Shown here: in pieces, positions 59,001-64,000 of the stretch
How the letters are laid out: each line of letters begins with the position of its first letter
Numbering within the stretch: the stretch's first letter is position 1
Virus record (IMG/VR): IMGVR_UViG_3300035670_010555
Location: 105,855-169,854 of that record
Length of the DNA stretch: 64,000 nucleotides
Direction: 5' to 3' (one strand)
DNA from: a virus
The notes under the pieces: model-generated
The model's database searches: none
Told to the model about the DNA's origin: nothing
Seen by the model: the letters and a program-made list of their open reading frames with translations, nothing else
Translations under genes and position numbers: made by a program

Positions 59001-59501
59001 ATGAACTGGCAATCTTTCACCTACCGTATCCGAAGAAAATATCAACAAATCAAACGAGTAATCGACTTCTTTCCGATTATTTGGAATGGATTTGATTTTG
59101 ATTATATGTATTCTATTGAACTTTTCAAAAAACAGTTGGAAAGACAAGCAGAATTATTTGAATCAGATAAACTTAACTCCGACAGATCGAAACAAAACGC
59201 TTCACGAATCCGAACTGCAATTAATTTGATGGATAAAGTTTATAATGGAGATTATGAGCTTGAATGGATGGATACCATTAGAGAAAAATATGGTAATGAT
59301 GTATTTAATTGGGAGTTTGAGGATACTGGTAGGGGTGATGGGACATCTTTTATAAAATCCAAATATGAATATTGGGATAATGTTGATGAGATTAATTTGT
59401 TAAAACGTGAACTTATGCTTAAGTCAAAACAAAAACAAAGGAAATCCGAACAATTAGTATGGAAATTTATAGGGCACAACATTCGTTATTGGTGGGATTG
59501 A
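59001..59501 (+). CDS. Conserved phage protein (WWD C-terminus)
   Basis: Start after TATATTTG promoter; W...DFD.; IRYWWD. Confidence 0.6.
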   Translation: MNWQSFTYRIRRKYQQIKRVIDFFPIIWNGFDFDYMYSIELFKKQLERQAELFESDKLNSDRSKQNASRIRTAINLMDKVYNGDYELEWMDTIREKYGNDVFNWEFEDTGRGDGTSFIKSKYEYWDNVDEINLLKRELMLKSKQKQRKSEQLVWKFIGHNIRYWWD

Positions 59502-59630
59502 TATGAAAATATTTGAAGTATACGGACAAATCTATATTTTTCCTTTTGTAAAAATAACTCATACAAGAAAACTTAACGGTGATTTGGAACTAATCATTGG
59601 TTGGTTAAAATGGGAATTGGTAATATCATT

Positions 59631-60311
59631 ATGAAAAAGAAAATAACATTCATCTCTGACACTCACAACAAACACAAACACCTGACCAGCAATGTTTACG
59701 GAAACATTCTCGGAAGTGGTGATATACTTGTACATTGTGGAGACTCCACAAGTATGGGGCAAAAACACGAAATCTATCAGTTTTTGAAATGGTTTTCAAA
59801 CACCGATTTTGAACATAAAATTTTTATTGCGGGAAATCACGACTTTGGATTTGAAAAAGAAACTGATATCGACCAACAATTCAAAGATTTGGGAGTGACC
59901 TATCTATTTGATAATGATATTACCATCGATGGTATTAAATTTTATGGTAGCCCTTGGCAGCCCGAATTTTATAATTGGGCATTTAATCTTCCAAGAGGAG
60001 AAGAGTTGGCGTCAAAATGGGAAAAAATACCTGATGATGTAGATATCCTTATTACTCATGGTCCGGCATACGGTATTTTGGACTATGCTCCAATCGGTGG
60101 TCATGTGGGTTGTGACGAACTATATCGCAAAATCGTGGAGGTTAAACCAAAAATTCACGTATGTGGTCACATTCACGATAGTTACGGTCAAAAGTCAATG
60201 GGAGGAATTGAATTCCTGAATGCATCAACCCTTAATGACAGATACGAATACGCCCACAAACCTATTGTTGTGGAGTATGATACAGAAACAAAAGAAATTA
60301 CTTATATTTGA
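59631..60311 (+). CDS. Calcineurin-like metallophosphoesterase
   Basis: ISDTH, HCGD, AGNHD, THGP, GHIH. Confidence 0.9.
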   Translation: MKKKITFISDTHNKHKHLTSNVYGNILGSGDILVHCGDSTSMGQKHEIYQFLKWFSNTDFEHKIFIAGNHDFGFEKETDIDQQFKDLGVTYLFDNDITIDGIKFYGSPWQPEFYNWAFNLPRGEELASKWEKIPDDVDILITHGPAYGILDYAPIGGHVGCDELYRKIVEVKPKIHVCGHIHDSYGQKSMGGIEFLNASTLNDRYEYAHKPIVVEYDTETKEITYI

Positions 60312-60314
60312 ACT

Positions 60315-60731
60315 ATGGAAAAAAAATATAAAGTTTATTTGGATGACGTTAGGACTCCAATAGATAATGAATGGGTTGTTGCAAGAAATCATGATGAGTT
60401 TGTTGAGGTCATCCAAAAATTAGGATTAGGAAATATTGAAGAAATTTCATTAGACCACGATTTAGGGGAAAGCGCAATTGCAGAATATTATGCAAACGCA
60501 AAACCTAATAATACTCTTAACTATGACAATATTTTAGAAAAAACAGGAATGGATTCTTGTAAGTTTTTGGTAAATGAAAGTGTTGAAACCAATACTCCCT
60601 TACCTCAAATTTATGTCCATTCCTCCAATCCTGTTGGTCGAGTGAATATGATGAGTTTAATCAACAACTACCTAAAAAGTTGTGAATTACCCGAAACCTG
60701 TGAAAGAAGAATTACAAAATTCACAGCATAA
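60315..60731 (+). CDS. Cyclic-phosphate-processing receiver-like (cREC) protein
   Basis: YLDDVR.P, ISLDHDLG, TG.D, VHSSNP.G. Confidence 0.75.
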   Translation: MEKKYKVYLDDVRTPIDNEWVVARNHDEFVEVIQKLGLGNIEEISLDHDLGESAIAEYYANAKPNNTLNYDNILEKTGMDSCKFLVNESVETNTPLPQIYVHSSNPVGRVNMMSLINNYLKSCELPETCERRITKFTA

Positions 60732-60755
60732 AAAAAGATGGAGAAATCCATCTTT

Positions 60756-60989
60756 TTATTTTTTAACCCTACTTTGTTTTCTTGCTTCCTTTGCCAATTC
60801 CCCTATGGTTTTCTTTTTTTGCTCTGTTGGGTGTTTATATCCTGTTTTGTATCTAAATTCAACCGATACTGGTCCATTCTTTGACACGTCAGTATTGTAT
60901 TTGAATACTGATACACTTTCTTCGTCTTCGAAAGTTACTTCCCATTTTTTTGATACGGATTCTGATTTGGTATTTCCTGTCATTTTCAT
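60756..60989 (-). CDS. Hypothetical protein
   Basis: 77 aa; TATATTTG promoter upstream. Confidence 0.55.
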   Translation of the reverse strand: MKMTGNTKSESVSKKWEVTFEDEESVSVFKYNTDVSKNGPVSVEFRYKTGYKHPTEQKKKTIGELAKEARKQSRVKK

Positions 60990-61057
60990 TTGACAAATAT
61001 ACGAAAATAACTTATCACAACAAAAAAATCCCCACCTTTTGAGTGGGGATTAGTTAG

Positions 61058-61309
61058 TTACTCTTCCACTTCTTCTTTTTTAGATTTATTAAGGAATTTA
61101 TCAACTGATCCAATTCCGAATGAACCTAAAACTAACCATAAGAAAGAATTAAAGATAAATTCATTTATCACTAAATCTTGTCCGAGGTAACCTGTTACAA
61201 TATCTGCAACTGCAAATATTATCATCATGATGAATGCCATGAATCCAACCACACTTTTTTCATTGATGGTGTTGCTGTCATTAAACAGCTGAGATAAGAA
61301 TTTTTTCAT
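61058..61309 (-). CDS. 2-TM holin-like protein
   Basis: INEKS..GF.AF...GSFGI..VDKF. Confidence 0.5.
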   Translation of the reverse strand: MKKFLSQLFNDSNTINEKSVVGFMAFIMMIIFAVADIVTGYLGQDLVINEFIFNSFLWLVLGSFGIGSVDKFLNKSKKEEVEE

Positions 61310-61385
61310 AGTATTTGGTAATTTACTTACCAATAAATATTATAAAAAATCGGGTATTGTAGTTGTCTTCGAAAAAAAATAGTTC

Positions 61386-62465
61386 TTAGTTGAAAGTAAC
61401 GCTGTGAACATGTGAATGGGAACCATAAAAAGTGTATCCAGCGGTTGCTCCACCAAATTGTATTGGTATTCCTGTTGTACCACCACTTGGCCAATTACCC
61501 AAACAAACTTTATTGACTGCGGTAACAAAAGGTAATCCACCGACAGTCGCGGTTCTATTATCCGCAAGTGATTTCACTGTTCTATAGAATGGGCCACTTG
61601 AATTTCCAATTAAGAAATAAGTATTTGCAGGAATCGTGACATTAGTATTTATGTTTGATGTTGTAAATACTCCGCCAGTATATGAACCACTTCTTACTGC
61701 ACTTAGTGTCAAAACACTACCCCAGTTACCTATCGTATTTATACTATTGGATATTGCGTAATACCATGTCCAACTATTAGTCCCTGAAGTATGAGGATTT
61801 AGTCCTATATTACCGGTTCCTGAGTTCATATCAATTTCTTGGTGAGCGTAATATAACTGCCAACAACCATTATTTGTATTAAATGCATCCGTCGTTGTAA
61901 TTCCATCTCTTGACGAATATGCGTCAAACAGAGTTCCTGTAGCATAAGCCACTTCAGTCCCTGTACCTCCCGTAACTGAACCTGAAGGTGTTGAAGGAGT
62001 CGGTGTTGGAGTTGTTGTCGATGTTGAAGTATTGGTTGGAGTTACTGTAACAGTAGGAGTATTTGTTGGGGTTGGAGTATTCGTATTGGTTGGTGTTGGT
62101 GAAGGCGTTATTGAAGGTACAAAAGATGTCCAATATCCATTTGCATTTAGCCAAATTACCGCCGATGACCCGTCGGAAAAACTTTGCCCAAAAATACTAT
62201 TAGTGTATTCAACAAATGATTGCTCCGTTAACAAAGGACTTCTGAAAAAACCTACTGAGGCGGTAACTCCTGATAATGGAGAAGGTTGTGTGTTACCCGA
62301 AACCGATTGAGCAATTACATATCCCAACTCTTCATCAGGCCCATTCCAATATTGAGGAGTACTTGTAAATCCTGAAGTTGGGGTACCAATGGATAAGTCA
62401 CCAATTTGTTCCGTTCCTGATATTTGTGGTCCAGGGTTATATGCGAATGGTCTTGCGGTTGCCAT
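61386..62465 (-). CDS. Pro/Thr-linker virion surface or fibre-like protein
   Basis: N-terminal domain (WNGPDEE.GY...WL..NGYWTS), TPTPT linker, beta-rich C domain. Confidence 0.6.
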   Translation of the reverse strand: MATARPFAYNPGPQISGTEQIGDLSIGTPTSGFTSTPQYWNGPDEELGYVIAQSVSGNTQPSPLSGVTASVGFFRSPLLTEQSFVEYTNSIFGQSFSDGSSAVIWLNANGYWTSFVPSITPSPTPTNTNTPTPTNTPTVTVTPTNTSTSTTTPTPTPSTPSGSVTGGTGTEVAYATGTLFDAYSSRDGITTTDAFNTNNGCWQLYYAHQEIDMNSGTGNIGLNPHTSGTNSWTWYYAISNSINTIGNWGSVLTLSAVRSGSYTGGVFTTSNINTNVTIPANTYFLIGNSSGPFYRTVKSLADNRTATVGGLPFVTAVNKVCLGNWPSGGTTGIPIQFGGATAGYTFYGSHSHVHSVTFN

Positions 62466-62788
62466 GTTTTTTTACTATAAATATATTGGCACAAAAAAAG
62501 GGAGATACCGTCGTACCTCCCGATTTTCTCCGTCGAGAAAATAAAGTGTGTCTTTTCGGATTGGGCTGATCACTTAACCCCAAGGATGGATGGTCCTTTG
62601 TTTTATTTATCGTCTCAAAACATCCAATAGTGACGTGTTTAATTCAATCTTTTTCAAGGTCAAGATTCAGGAAACAACGACTAAAACCTCCCATACCTGA
62701 TTCTACGTTTTTCTAATTTATAAAGCGGAGAAGAAATTGTTAAGGTGAGTAAGGAAAAACACCATTATAAAATATTCCGCTATCCATT

Positions 62789-62881
62789 TGGTGGTTGGGA
62801 GTGGGATCGAACCACTGGCTCATCGGGGTTCAACCGACTGCTCTACCATGAACTCCGAGGAGTTCCTGAGCTACCACAACC
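62789..62881 (-). tRNA. Atypical tRNA-Phe(GAA) with hairpin inserted in D loop
   Basis: GCTC..GAGC D stem with GAACTC-CTCG-GAGTTC insert; loop TT-GAA-CC; T arm; ACCA end. Confidence 0.6.
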
Positions 62882-63111
62882 ATATTGTTTCTCTGGGTTT
62901 GAGACCGAGTATCTTTCATTACCTATAAGTCCCAAACCCTTTACAAATATAGAAAATTGTTTTCGGACTGTCAAACTATTTATGAAAAAAAAGCCTCCCC
63001 TTTTTTGGGGCGTTTAGGACCGTTCCAGTTATGGAACAAGTTAAGAGAACGATTCGCTACCGTTCTCTTTTTTTATTATTTCACCATAAGATATTTATAA
63101 TAAAAAAAAGT

Positions 63112-63246
63112 ATGGCAAAAGCAAAAGGGGGTTCTACATCCCAATCTCGTAAAATTTCTTTTGGTAAAAAAAGAACAGGTGTATCAAAAAAATCTTATTC
63201 CAAATACGAGCAAAAACCTAAAAAATACCAAGGTCAGGGAAGATAA
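63112..63246 (+). CDS. Small basic late protein
   Basis: MAKAK...KKYQGQGR; TATTTAT upstream. Confidence 0.6.
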   Translation: MAKAKGGSTSQSRKISFGKKRTGVSKKSYSKYEQKPKKYQGQGR

Positions 63247-63283
63247 ACTGAGATTTTTTCTTTTTTTTTAATATATTTTTATC

Positions 63284-63574
63284 ATGTCAGATAAAAAACG
63301 AAGATTCTATCGCCTTTTGGAAACTTATATGAATGAGTCTCGGAAAGAAGAGGTGGAACTTATGTATGGGAAGGGGTCTAAAATCAAAGTTCACAATTGG
63401 ACACATAATGTTAAAGGAGACCAATTTATATTTGAATTAATTATTGTGTTGGGTAACACCATCAGCGAATCTGTTATGGACTCAAGCCTTGCTGAAGTAC
63501 TTTTGGAGGATGCTCTACAATATTTTTATCCCGAAGTAACAAAAATATGTTATATGGTAAGATTTGATGTTTAA
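63284..63574 (+). CDS. Hypothetical protein
   Basis: 96-aa ORF. Confidence 0.5.
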   Translation: MSDKKRRFYRLLETYMNESRKEEVELMYGKGSKIKVHNWTHNVKGDQFIFELIIVLGNTISESVMDSSLAEVLLEDALQYFYPEVTKICYMVRFDV

Positions 63575-63627
63575 TTTTTTGTGGAATCAAATTATTTCAC
63601 TATTTTTGTATAAACAATCAAATTATC

Positions 63628-64000
63628 ATGAAAAAGGTACTATTAATCTTTGTGTCATTCTTTTTTTTATCCACAACATTACCAACTGAGTCAATTGACT
63701 ACAAAGTAATCAGAGTGATACTTTCTGAAACTGTAACGGGAGGTAAAAACGGAGATATTGAAAAAATAATACTAACTACACTGAACAAGACAAAGAATGA
63801 CTTGTCTTTTAATCTTTATAGCGATAGTAACAAAGTTGAAATAACTAAGACTGCAAACTGTGTCGGTTATACAAAGTACTTCAACAAGTATTTGATTTCA
63901 AAATTGAAAGAATCTGGACGTGGATACGTTACTGTATCTCACGTTAGGGCGAAGGTTTTGATTTTTGGAAATGACGTACATTTTATTAAATCAAGGTCTC
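63628..64000 (+). CDS. Secreted protein, possibly transglutaminase-like (partial)
   Basis: Signal peptide; ANCVGY Cys motif; open to window end. Confidence 0.4.
   Translation, partial: MKKVLLIFVSFFFLSTTLPTESIDYKVIRVILSETVTGGKNGDIEKIILTTLNKTKNDLSFNLYSDSNKVEITKTANCVGYTKYFNKYLISKLKESGRGYVTVSHVRAKVLIFGNDVHFIKSRS

Noticed and set aside
168-62310. Numerous antisense or shadow ORFs in the track (e.g. 1736-2053, 10036-10602, 52087-52620, 52467-52814)
   Set aside because: They overlap well-supported genes and mirror low-complexity codons.
62893-62939. Hairpin loop as antisense to the M20 peptidase start (AATGAAAGATA)
   Set aside because: Only about 11 nt match, and the G.U pair and promoter indicate the same sense as that mRNA.

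Overview
A 64-kb segment of a large, AT-rich, T4-like (myovirus-type) phage. The host is almost certainly a Bacteroidota species, judged from TAnnTTTG promoters, DUF4494, a Lacal_2735-like protein, a Bacteroidota-type TonB-dependent receptor and A-rich SD-less starts. 1-14 kb is the head module (major capsid, scaffold, prohead protease, portal, terminase) with a phage bS21 on the opposite strand. 15-24 kb holds an N-domain-less ClpC with a divergent double-UVR protein, peptidases, a tmRNA with an unusual tag and a full-length TonB-dependent receptor. 27-36.4 kb is a minus-strand RNA island: 17 recognisable tRNAs, 8-9 anticodon-less tRNA-shaped elements with variable cargo, several other structured RNAs and small ORF cassettes. 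36-64 kb carries ClpP, Rnl1, ThyA, RNA end-healing enzymes, a CsgG/cohesin envelope operon and a GH19 endolysin. Three findings stand out. (1) A 29-codon leader peptide with 1:2/2:3/3:4 attenuator geometry sits upstream of the tRNA operon, and its 19-codon core uses exactly the 11 amino acids of the downstream tRNAs, suggesting a tRNA-depletion sensor. (2) An array of tRNA-Leu-like scaffolds has unrelated structured inserts in place of the anticodon arm. (3) A hairpin RNA shows 26/27-nt complementarity to the start of the envelope operon 15 kb away. All calls are by eye from sequence and motifs; no database searches or folding programs were run.
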